Virus record (IMG/VR): IMGVR_UViG_3300033067_001482 | Location: 1 to 30,494 of that record | Reading direction: 5' to 3' (one strand) | Source of the DNA: a virus | Taxonomy: Duplodnaviria > Caudoviricetes | DNA: 30,494 nt | In this document: positions 1-6,696 of the stretch, piece after piece | How positions within the stretch are numbered: position 1 is the first letter of the stretch | Layout: each line of letters starts with the position of its first letter | The notes under the pieces: model-generated | The model's input: only the letters and a program-made list of their open reading frames with translations | Database searches by the model: none | Told to the model about the DNA's origin: nothing | Position numbers and translations under genes: made by a program

Positions 1-2
1 AA

Positions 3-89
3 GAACTAGACAAAATGATGACGGACGCACCTGTTACAAACGGTTCGTCTGTCAAGACTCTTGCACAAATGCTGGGGCCGTCCGAATGA
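3..89 (+). CDS. 3' end of a truncated upstream gene (ELDKMMTDAPVTNGSSVKTLAQMLGPSE*)
   Basis: Frame is open from the window edge to TGA at 87-89, which overlaps the ATG at 86 (ATGA coupling). Confidence 0.55.
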   Translation, partial: ELDKMMTDAPVTNGSSVKTLAQMLGPSE

Positions 90-1177
90 ACACCCTCCAC
101 CGCATCCGCGACTTTCATGGCTCGCGCCTTACTGGAATCGGCGCCTCCGACATTCCGACACTCGCAGGTTTCAATAAAGGCTACAAGCGCGAGTACAAGC
201 TGACGCGCGACGGCTCGCTTGTGCAGCTATTCCAGACGCCGTATACGCTCTACCTCGAAAAGACCGGCCAGGTCGTGCAGGTCGAATCCGGCGAGCGCGC
301 AGAGTGGGGCCACCGCCTTGAGCCTATCATCCTCGCGAAGTGGATAGAAAACCGCTACGGGAAAGCCGACGGCGACGCCTACCTTGCGGCCCGCCTTCGC
401 GACAAATCATACGGGCCGTATAAATCGCAGACCGAGACGCGCATGCCTGGCCGCCGCTACGTGCTCGCCCACCCCGATCTCATCGTGCTCGAAGGCGAAG
501 GAATAAACGTCGAGGGGAAGTCGACTGGCTTCTATGCGGGCAAGCGACGAGAAGGCGAGGCGTTCATCGGCTACGACCCGGACGACGTGAGCCAGCAGGG
601 AATACCCGACCCGGTTTTTCTTCAGGTACAATATCAAAATCTTTCGGCCGATATTCCGGTCGCTTCGGTCGCCGTGCTCATTGATACCGGCGACTATCGC
701 GAATATGGGCCGATCATTTCCGACCCGCGCACGCAAGAAAAATGCCTTGCGCTGGCCGAGCGCATGTGGTGGTGCGTGAAAAACAATAAGCCGCCGAAGC
801 CCGAAGTGTGGGGCGACATTGCGAATATGTGGCCGACTCCGAACGAGAAAACGGCCATGCTCGGAGGCGAGGAAGAACTTGCCGCCCGCGCGCTGTGCGA
901 CGAGTACTGGCGACTCGGCGAGAAAATCGACAAGCACGAGGGCAGGCGGGCGGAAATAAAAAAGGCTCTCGGTGTCTATATCGGCGAGAATTCCATTCTT
1001 GCGACGCCGAACGGAACGAAGCTCGCATCGTCATGGGTGCAACTAAACGCGCCGAGCGTTGACTTAAAAAAGCTCAAGGAAAAAGAGCCGGATATATACG
1101 ACCGCCTCATGGGTGGCGGTTACGTCAAGCAAGGCGAGCGGCGAGAATTGCGGCCCGCAAAAATAAAGGGGGAGTAG
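86..1177 (+). CDS. YqaJ-like viral recombinase / lambda-exonuclease family 5'-3' exonuclease
   Basis: R..GIGASD, TPY.LYLEKTG, WG..LEP.I, LAHPD...EGKS and QVQYQ motifs of the YqaJ family. Lies upstream of a RecT-like gene. Confidence 0.9.
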   Translation: MNTLHRIRDFHGSRLTGIGASDIPTLAGFNKGYKREYKLTRDGSLVQLFQTPYTLYLEKTGQVVQVESGERAEWGHRLEPIILAKWIENRYGKADGDAYLAARLRDKSYGPYKSQTETRMPGRRYVLAHPDLIVLEGEGINVEGKSTGFYAGKRREGEAFIGYDPDDVSQQGIPDPVFLQVQYQNLSADIPVASVAVLIDTGDYREYGPIISDPRTQEKCLALAERMWWCVKNNKPPKPEVWGDIANMWPTPNEKTAMLGGEEELAARALCDEYWRLGEKIDKHEGRRAEIKKALGVYIGENSILATPNGTKLASSWVQLNAPSVDLKKLKEKEPDIYDRLMGGGYVKQGERRELRPAKIKGE

Positions 1178-1178
1178 G

Positions 1179-1322
1179 ATGAGCGAAGTCGAAAAACAAA
1201 GCGATTCTATTAAGTCAATTCGGATAGCAGCTAGCGTGCTTTTCGTAATTATAGCCGCACTATTGGCGTCACGCGGCGTCAAGGGTTGGGGCTGGTTCGT
1301 ATTCATGGCGGCAGTAGTATGA
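1179..1322 (+). CDS. Small membrane protein (47 aa, MSEVEKQSDSIKSIRIAASVLFVIIAALLASRGVKGWGWFVFMAAVV), not in the ORF track
   Basis: GGAG RBS before ATG at 1179, a hydrophobic stretch, and TGA at 1320-1322 overlapping the next ATG at 1319. Confidence 0.7.
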   Translation: MSEVEKQSDSIKSIRIAASVLFVIIAALLASRGVKGWGWFVFMAAVV

Positions 1323-1618
1323 CGAAAAGAAAGCTTGAAAAGCTACGCCGGGCCGTCCTTGCCGCGAGAGACATGCTCGACCTAGAGGAAACGCGGAAGC
1401 GGCGCGTACCGCTATGGCGGAGAGTACTGGCCCGCTTCGGGAACCATAAGCCCGAAAACGTATGGCTCGAACGCTGGCAGAAAAGGCACGACGAGAAGCT
1501 GAAAACCGCCACGCGCAGATCGCTTGACGCGGCCCTGGCGATTACGGTGCGGAAGGAAACGCGGAAGGTCATAGCGAGCGCAAGGCCGGCGCAAAAGGCA
1601 AGGAAGGGGAAAGCATGA
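1319..1618 (+). CDS. Basic hypothetical protein (MTKRKLEK..., 99 aa)
   Basis: ATGA-coupled on both sides. The start is re-called from 1286 to the coupled ATG at 1319. Very R/K-rich. Confidence 0.7.
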   Translation: MTKRKLEKLRRAVLAARDMLDLEETRKRRVPLWRRVLARFGNHKPENVWLERWQKRHDEKLKTATRRSLDAALAITVRKETRKVIASARPAQKARKGKA

Positions 1619-1814
1619 AAGAATTATTTGTAACAGCGGCGGTTGTTGGGGCTGGCATGCTAGCTGGAGCAATAACGCTTTGGACTATAGGGGAGTTCGC
1701 TGCAAAGGCTTTTAATTTTATGAAGTACAAGTTTGTTGGGGCTTGGGCGAGCGCCAAGCTTCGAAAAATCAAGCGTCTTGACCGCGAATACATGAGGAAG
1801 GGGAAGGCTTGAAA
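1601..1814 (+). repeat. 20-bp imperfect direct repeat (AGGAAGGGGAAAGCATGAAA 1601-1620; AGGAAGGGGAAGGCTTGAAA 1795-1814) flanking ORF 1615-1812
   Basis: 18/20 identity read directly. Both ORFs ending at these sites finish in RKGKA*. Confidence 0.85.
1615..1812 (+). CDS. Small protein with an N-terminal transmembrane helix (65 aa)
   Basis: Purine-rich RBS, coupled start and stop, hydrophobic N-terminus followed by a basic tail. More AT-rich than its neighbours. Confidence 0.7.
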   Translation: MKELFVTAAVVGAGMLAGAITLWTIGEFAAKAFNFMKYKFVGAWASAKLRKIKRLDREYMRKGKA

Positions 1815-2696
1815 ACGAATCAATCCGAGGGCGAATTCTTCGCACTCGTCGCGACGGGGCGCAAGGGCGTCGAGGACATGCTGGCGAAGATGGGCGACGA
1901 AATTTCCAAAGTCGCAGCGCCGAACGTCGGGGGAAGCTTCGACGTATGGAAAACGCGGGCGCTCGTCGAGATAGCGAACCGCGACGAGCTTGCGACGGTG
2001 CTGTCCACGCGCTCGGGCATTTTCTCGGTGTACAAGGCGCTGACGAAGGCCGCAACGATGGGATTGCAGATCGGCGGGCAATTCCCGCATGCGTATTTCG
2101 TGCCGATGGAAGGCAAGGCGCAGCTCGTTACGACGGCTGACGGCTACGCTTTCGCTTCGGTGCATGGGCCTGGCGCGGTACTTGCAAGCGTACCAAAGCT
2201 TGAGCGCGTCCATGCGAACGATAAATGCCATATCGACGCGGCCGCGGGCACCGTCAAGCACGACTTCGAGCCCTTCGGAGAGCGCGGGAAGGTAGCCGGC
2301 TACTATATGCGCCTTGAGTACCGCGACGGCCATGTGGAGATCCCGCATATTACGCGCGCGGACGTGGAAAAAATCGCGAACGATTACTCGAAAAAAGAGT
2401 TCTCAAGCGGGAAAAAATCGCCAGCGTGGGCGAAGTCTGCCGAGGCCATGTTCGACAAGATCGCCTCGAAGCAGCTCTTGAAAAAGCCGGTCAAGGAAGC
2501 CGAGGGCCTTTCCATGATGCTCGCCGCCGAGGAGTACGAAGCACCCGAGTATACGCCGCCGCCTCGCGACATATCCGACCGCATGAGCGAACGCCTTGAT
2601 GGGGCCATGCGTACCGTCGAGCCGATAGAGGACGACGGGCCGCTGGACGGTATCGACATTCAGCCGACCGAGGACGACCCCGAGAATGTTTTTTGA
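1809..2696 (+). CDS. recT: RecT/Redbeta-family single-strand annealing protein (TTG start)
   Basis: AATMGL......AYFVP..GKAQL....GY pattern, later GYY...EY.DG, and SPAW....EAM..K...K.L.K, with an acidic tail. Paired with YqaJ. Confidence 0.85.
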   Translation: MKTNQSEGEFFALVATGRKGVEDMLAKMGDEISKVAAPNVGGSFDVWKTRALVEIANRDELATVLSTRSGIFSVYKALTKAATMGLQIGGQFPHAYFVPMEGKAQLVTTADGYAFASVHGPGAVLASVPKLERVHANDKCHIDAAAGTVKHDFEPFGERGKVAGYYMRLEYRDGHVEIPHITRADVEKIANDYSKKEFSSGKKSPAWAKSAEAMFDKIASKQLLKKPVKEAEGLSMMLAAEEYEAPEYTPPPRDISDRMSERLDGAMRTVEPIEDDGPLDGIDIQPTEDDPENVF

Positions 2697-2709
2697 AAGG
2701 AGCATATAG

Positions 2710-3000
2710 ATGGGAACGAAAAAGGCTTACGACATGGCCGTGGTGGTAGGAAGCTACACGGACAGCACCGGCCAGCAGAAAAACCGCTACCAGAATATAG
2801 GCGCGGTCATGGTCAAGGACGACGGGGGCAAGTTTATCCTCATGGAGCGAAGCTTCAATCCGGCCGGGCTGCCCTACGACGCGAGCAAGGGAAACAATGT
2901 GCTCGTGTCGCTATTCGAGCCGCGCCAGCACGGACAAAGCGCGCCGGCTGCCGGGGCCGGGAGCCCGCCGCCTGGCGGTGAGGACGATATACCCTTCTAG
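2710..3000 (+). CDS. Short single-stranded DNA-binding-like protein
   Basis: AAGGAG RBS, Y.D..GQ.KNRY..IG beta-rich core, G/A/P linker and acidic DDIPF tail typical of SSBs. Directly after RecT. Confidence 0.7.
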   Translation: MGTKKAYDMAVVVGSYTDSTGQQKNRYQNIGAVMVKDDGGKFILMERSFNPAGLPYDASKGNNVLVSLFEPRQHGQSAPAAGAGSPPPGGEDDIPF

Positions 3001-4244
3001 CCGTCCGCCGAGGGCAGGAAGTCCGCTACAAGGGCGGCCTGCGCCTCGGCGATCTCGCGGAAATCTTCGAGCCTGAACGCGCTATAGTGATCCGTCATTT
3101 CCTCGGTTACGTGCCGGGTGATCTGGCGGATTTTCGCGTCTGGCACGTTGGAAGCCCGGAAATACGTGTTCGCGAATGCGCGCCATGAGTGAAAGGAAAT
3201 CTTGCGGGCGCGGCGCGTCTTGTCGTCGATCTTTATGGCTTCAAGCGCGGAGATCAAGGCGTCCTCGACGCGGTTCGCCGTGCAGGGGCGCTTGCCGTCG
3301 CCGAGGCTAAAAATGTACTTTCCTGGCGGCGTCATTTTCGCGAGGACACCGAGGCGGTCGGCTAGGAATTTCGGTATAGGGAGCTGGTCGGTGCCGCGCT
3401 TCGTTTTCTGCGGGCCTTCGCCGTAGCCTATGCGCCACTTGACCGCGATGGTAATATGGTCGGCGTGTACGTCCTCGGGGTGCAGGGCCAGGCACTCGCT
3501 CATGCGTAAGCCGGTGACGCTCGCGAGCAAGTTCACGTCGTAATAGATCGCCCGGCTCCACCGCTCGCCTAAGCTGTCCGGCGCCATGAGCGCGCGGTAC
3601 TCGTCGAGCGATAGGATGCCCTTGCCGCCCTTCGCTGCGCGGTAGCCCTTCACGGCGGCCCATGGGTTCACCGGTATCACGCCCAGGCGCGCCGCCTCGC
3701 GCATCATTACGCGATACACGCTTGAATAGTTGTTTATAGTCTTATTCGATAGGCCCGCGGCACTCCATCCGGCAAGTAGATCCTCGCACTCTAGCGGGGT
3801 GATATGGTCGATGCGTTTGTCGCCGTGGTCGGGGAGTATTTTGTCCTTGAGCACGCGCGCGCACTTGTCGGCATACTCGCGCTGCACGGCCGGCGCTTCG
3901 TCGTGCGACCGCTTGAGCTCGCCCTTGCAGTACTCGCACGACGGCCCTTCATCCGTCCATTGCCACCATTTACGCTCGGCGGCCCACTCCGCGAGCGTTG
4001 GCGGCCTGCGCGAGCGGCGTACCTGGGCCGGAGGGCGGACTTCCTTGGCGCCAGGTATCAGCGTGCCGTCGGCAAGCCGGGCCTCGCACCACCTAAAAGC
4101 CTCGCGCTCTGATACTAAGCCGGTCGAGCGACCGGGAAGCCTCCCGCCGGTAGCCGGGTCGCGGGCTCTATAATAGTAAACTTCGCGGCCGTCCTTCATC
4201 TTGCGAGTGTAAAGCGTGTACGGTTCGGCATAGCGCGGGCTCAT
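2997..4244 (-). CDS. int: Tyrosine recombinase / phage integrase
   Basis: Catalytic TGLRMSE (R), QKTK (K), FHSWR (HxxR), TRH (H) and MTDHY (Y), plus a SAM-like core (SNKTINNY) and an N-terminal arm-binding-like domain (VYYYRAR). Confidence 0.96.
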   Translation of the reverse strand: MSPRYAEPYTLYTRKMKDGREVYYYRARDPATGGRLPGRSTGLVSEREAFRWCEARLADGTLIPGAKEVRPPAQVRRSRRPPTLAEWAAERKWWQWTDEGPSCEYCKGELKRSHDEAPAVQREYADKCARVLKDKILPDHGDKRIDHITPLECEDLLAGWSAAGLSNKTINNYSSVYRVMMREAARLGVIPVNPWAAVKGYRAAKGGKGILSLDEYRALMAPDSLGERWSRAIYYDVNLLASVTGLRMSECLALHPEDVHADHITIAVKWRIGYGEGPQKTKRGTDQLPIPKFLADRLGVLAKMTPPGKYIFSLGDGKRPCTANRVEDALISALEAIKIDDKTRRARKISFHSWRAFANTYFRASNVPDAKIRQITRHVTEEMTDHYSAFRLEDFREIAEAQAALVADFLPSADG

Positions 4245-4250
4245 GCTTAG

Positions 4251-4279
4251 AGTGTAGCGCGTGGCTACATATTTGGCAA
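4251..4279 (-). promoter_or_regulatory. Sigma70-type leaderless int promoter: TTGCCA-N17-TACACT-N6-ATG
   Basis: -35 at 4274-4279, -10 at 4251-4256, exact 17-nt spacer, 6 nt to the ATG and no SD. Confidence 0.7.
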
Positions 4280-4294
4280 CATTGGCATGGCCAT

Positions 4295-4333
4295 AAAATA
4301 AAAAAAGGCTAATTCCTTATGGAATCAGCCTTT
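4295..4333 (-). terminator. Rho-independent terminator downstream of the att tRNA fragment
   Basis: Minus strand reads AAAGGCTGATTCC-ATAA-GGAATTAGCCTTT (13-bp stem, one G-U) running into a T-tract. Confidence 0.85.
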
Positions 4334-4338
4334 AGCTC

Positions 4339-4380
4339 GTGGAGGTGAGGGGAATTGAATCGCTGACTTTCGATTGCATA
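4339..4380 (-). other. attP core: 3' fragment of an Ala-identity tRNA (tRNA-Ala favoured, tmRNA possible)
   Basis: Minus strand reads TGCAATCGAAAGTC-AGCGA-TTCAATT-CCCCT-CACCTCC-A-C, matching T-loop, 3' T-stem, acceptor strand with U70 and discriminator A. Adjacent to int and followed by a terminator. Confidence 0.8.
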
Positions 4381-4416
4381 TACCATATATTGTGGTGGTA
4401 TTCTAGCGTATTTCGC

Positions 4417-4431
4417 GGTTACTTCGTAACC
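4417..4431. promoter_or_regulatory. Palindromic site GGTTAC-TTC-GTAACC inside attP
   Basis: Perfect 6-3-6 inverted repeat preceded by CGC. Related motifs occur at 27170 and 30385-30442. Confidence 0.5.
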
Positions 4432-4609
4432 TTGATATTGATTAATTAGCTACAAAATAATGAAATATACTTTTTTATCGCGTAATTGCTTACTACGCCG
4501 TCTTGTGGTGGTCGCGGCCTCCGGTGCACGTAGTGGCTACACAAGTGGCGACATGAAAAAGGTGAAATTCGCACCTCCACGCTCGCCCCTCACCTTTATT
4601 TGAAAACCA

Positions 4610-4618
4610 TGCTATAAT
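4610..4618 (+). promoter_or_regulatory. Extended -10 promoter TGcTATAAT, leaderless, for ORF 4625
   Basis: TATAAT at 4613-4618 with TG at 4610-4611. ATG follows after 6 nt and there is no SD. Confidence 0.7.
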
Positions 4619-4624
4619 ATACAA

Positions 4625-5320
4625 ATGCCAGCGCCGACCATGTTCAAGATTACGAGCAATTCAAAAGAGTTCATGCGCGAGCTTTATAAGCGCGAGGGCG
4701 CCTTGCAAAAGGTGACGGCGGCAACGCTTACGGACACGGCGCAGGCGGTTACGACGCGGAGCGAGCGGAATCTTTTACGGTCGATGATAGTGCGTACCCC
4801 GTACACGCTCAAGAGCCTAAAAACGTACAAGGCGAGCCCGAAGCGACCTATAGAGAAACAGGACGCCATAAGCGGTACCGTGTCGCCGTACCTACCCATA
4901 CAGGACGAGGGCGGAAAGATTCGGGCTCGTAGAAAAATGATAGCCGTGCCGACTAATGTTCTACGCGGCAAGGATAGAAAAAGAAAAGTCCCGGCAAAAT
5001 TCCGCCTTGCGAATATGGGCTCGATCACTAAGAGCAATCCGCAAAAGCTCTTCAAGCTGAAGTCGGGCATCTACTATCGCAAGGGCGAGGCACTTGGGGC
5101 CGCGCATTGGGGCAAACAGCGAAGGTATGACCGTATGTTCGGTGCCGTTTCAAGGCAAAAGTCGCAAAGGGCTATGGTCAAGGTGCGCTCGTTCGTTTCG
5201 AGTATTCGGCTTCGCGGTAGAAAATGGCACTCCGAAGCCGTCGAAAAATACGGAAATTGGGCCTATATGGCGACCGTTTTCAAGCGCCAGGCGCAGCGCT
5301 ACCTAAAAGGCGTTCAATAA
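4625..5320 (+). CDS. Basic protein resembling lambda gpZ / neck-tail completion proteins
   Basis: AATLTDTAQAV..R...L......RTPYTLKSL, PYL.IQ..GG and a C-terminal helical arm recall the gpZ-like family. Very basic. The family call is from memory. Confidence 0.55.
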   Translation: MPAPTMFKITSNSKEFMRELYKREGALQKVTAATLTDTAQAVTTRSERNLLRSMIVRTPYTLKSLKTYKASPKRPIEKQDAISGTVSPYLPIQDEGGKIRARRKMIAVPTNVLRGKDRKRKVPAKFRLANMGSITKSNPQKLFKLKSGIYYRKGEALGAAHWGKQRRYDRMFGAVSRQKSQRAMVKVRSFVSSIRLRGRKWHSEAVEKYGNWAYMATVFKRQAQRYLKGVQ

Positions 5321-5335
5321 TCTCCGCATGAAGGT

Positions 5336-5395
5336 GCCCCCGTTGCGGCCTTGAACCGCTGTCCTCTCCCTGGAATGGCTACAGGCGGCGGGGGC
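5336..5395. other. Structured intergenic element between convergent genes (hairpin on +, tRNA-like relic on -)
   Basis: GCCCCCGTTGC (5336-5346) pairs with GCGGCGGGGGC (5385-5395). The minus strand contains a T-arm-like GCGG-TTCAAGG-CCGC and ends CGGGGGC-A-CC. Confidence 0.45.
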
Positions 5396-5401
5396 TTGGG
5401 C

Positions 5402-6409
5402 TTATTCGGCGTGGGCGTTTTTAAGCGCCGCATACTCTAAGGCGTCCTCTAGGCTGGGCCAGAGCAGAAAGCGGTGCTTGTCTCGGTCGAGAGTGATAGC
5501 GGCGTCGCGCTGGGCCGCGAAAAAACTGAAATATCGTTTCCCGAATGTATCGTTCCGCTTGAGCGTGCCATGCACTATGAAGCCTTGCTCGCGGCCTCGC
5601 TCGAAGCTTATCTCGAAAGCCGGGTCGTGCGTGTGGCCGGCGACGTAGAGATCGGCGTCGGGTATGTCACGGCGGGCGAGCTGCTTAAGGCCGTGCGTTT
5701 TATTAAAGCTCGAATTGTACCGAGTCTTGTGCGTGGCGACGATCCTGTACTCTTGCTCGCCTATGAGTAGCTTGCATATACCTATGCCGTCAAAATAGGT
5801 GACATTGCGATTCAAAAGCTTTTTGAGCGAGTTGCGGCCGCTTACTTTTTCCTCGAATTCGGCATGATTGCCCCAGGTGGCGAACAATACCTTTTCGGCG
5901 ATTTCCTTGAGCCAGCTTTCAATAAAATCGTCTTGCTCCTCGGGGCTCGCAAGTTGTTTAACGACCGCCATTTGATTCTTGAAGCTTACGAAATTGTCCT
6001 CTTCGTCGCCAAGCAGAAAACAAAACAGGTAAGGAATAGACAAAATCGCGTCCGTCATATTGGACAGGCTTTCGTAGTCGGTGCCCATATTCCCGACGTG
6101 CGTGTCCGAGAGTCCCTTGAGCACTATCACGCTCGGCGGCTCTTTTATACGCACGGTGCCCGTATCTTGCGACCATGACGCCTTCTTTGCGATGCGCTGG
6201 CGTTCCTGAAAGCCTTGCGCTACTTCGCGCCAGTCAACAGTCCCGACCTTCTTGTCGATGCGTTCGAGGCTTGGCGGCTGTAGGGGCTCGACGAACTGGC
6301 GGCCGCACTCTTTACAGAGGAAATTCTGGCGGCCTATCTTGTGCCCTTTTTTCACGATGAGCGTCGAGTTGCATGATGGGCAAAGGTATTTCAAAGGCTC
6401 CCCTTCCAA
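5402..6409 (-). CDS. Calcineurin-like metallophosphoesterase with an N-terminal C4 zinc ribbon
   Basis: SDTHVG, LGDEED, WGNHA, ATH and AGHTH motifs. N-terminal CPSC...CKEC. Confidence 0.88.
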   Translation of the reverse strand: MEGEPLKYLCPSCNSTLIVKKGHKIGRQNFLCKECGRQFVEPLQPPSLERIDKKVGTVDWREVAQGFQERQRIAKKASWSQDTGTVRIKEPPSVIVLKGLSDTHVGNMGTDYESLSNMTDAILSIPYLFCFLLGDEEDNFVSFKNQMAVVKQLASPEEQDDFIESWLKEIAEKVLFATWGNHAEFEEKVSGRNSLKKLLNRNVTYFDGIGICKLLIGEQEYRIVATHKTRYNSSFNKTHGLKQLARRDIPDADLYVAGHTHDPAFEISFERGREQGFIVHGTLKRNDTFGKRYFSFFAAQRDAAITLDRDKHRFLLWPSLEDALEYAALKNAHAE

Positions 6410-6696
6410 TTTTCAGCCGTTCGAACCGGCATGCCTATAAGCCAGGCGAGCAGCGCTTCAATCCGTGCGCCACGCGAGCGCAGCCAGCCAGGGAGCAGAG
6501 CTACGCCGTCGCAGGCCATCATAAGGCGGACGGCTTCCTTCATGTAGTCGAGCCATTTCCAGCCAGCGTGCAGGCCGATGCTTTCGGCGGGGTTTTCGAC
6601 TTCGTAGCCATACTCGCGGGCTATGCGGGCGGCGCGGGCGAACTTGCGGCGGTAGTGCGGGTCTTTCGTAATCGAGCCGGACAGGTATAGCTTCAT
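6391..6696 (-). CDS. DUF4406-family protein (nucleoside 2-deoxyribosyltransferase-like fold)
   Basis: LYLSGSIT...F..A......G..V.NPA...W..YM......CD.V.LL.GW..S.GA..E...A signature. Confidence 0.88.
   Translation of the reverse strand: MKLYLSGSITKDPHYRRKFARAARIAREYGYEVENPAESIGLHAGWKWLDYMKEAVRLMMACDGVALLPGWLRSRGARIEALLAWLIGMPVRTAENWKGSL

Larger units (their letters stand above)
4261..4553. repeat. Paired arm-type integrase-binding repeats KTGGCNACA (4261-4269, 4273-4281, 4533-4541, 4545-4553)
   Basis: Two pairs of 9-mers, each pair with a 12-bp period, one pair on each side of the att core. This is the usual layout of attP arm sites. Confidence 0.75.

Noticed and set aside
4339-4420. Intact tRNA or tmRNA gene
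   Set aside because: There is no 5' acceptor strand or D-arm and the T-stem is broken, so it is an att fragment only.
6280-6409. IS1 insertion sequence
   Set aside because: Only the zinc ribbon is present, with no DDE domain, terminal inverted repeats or target duplication.
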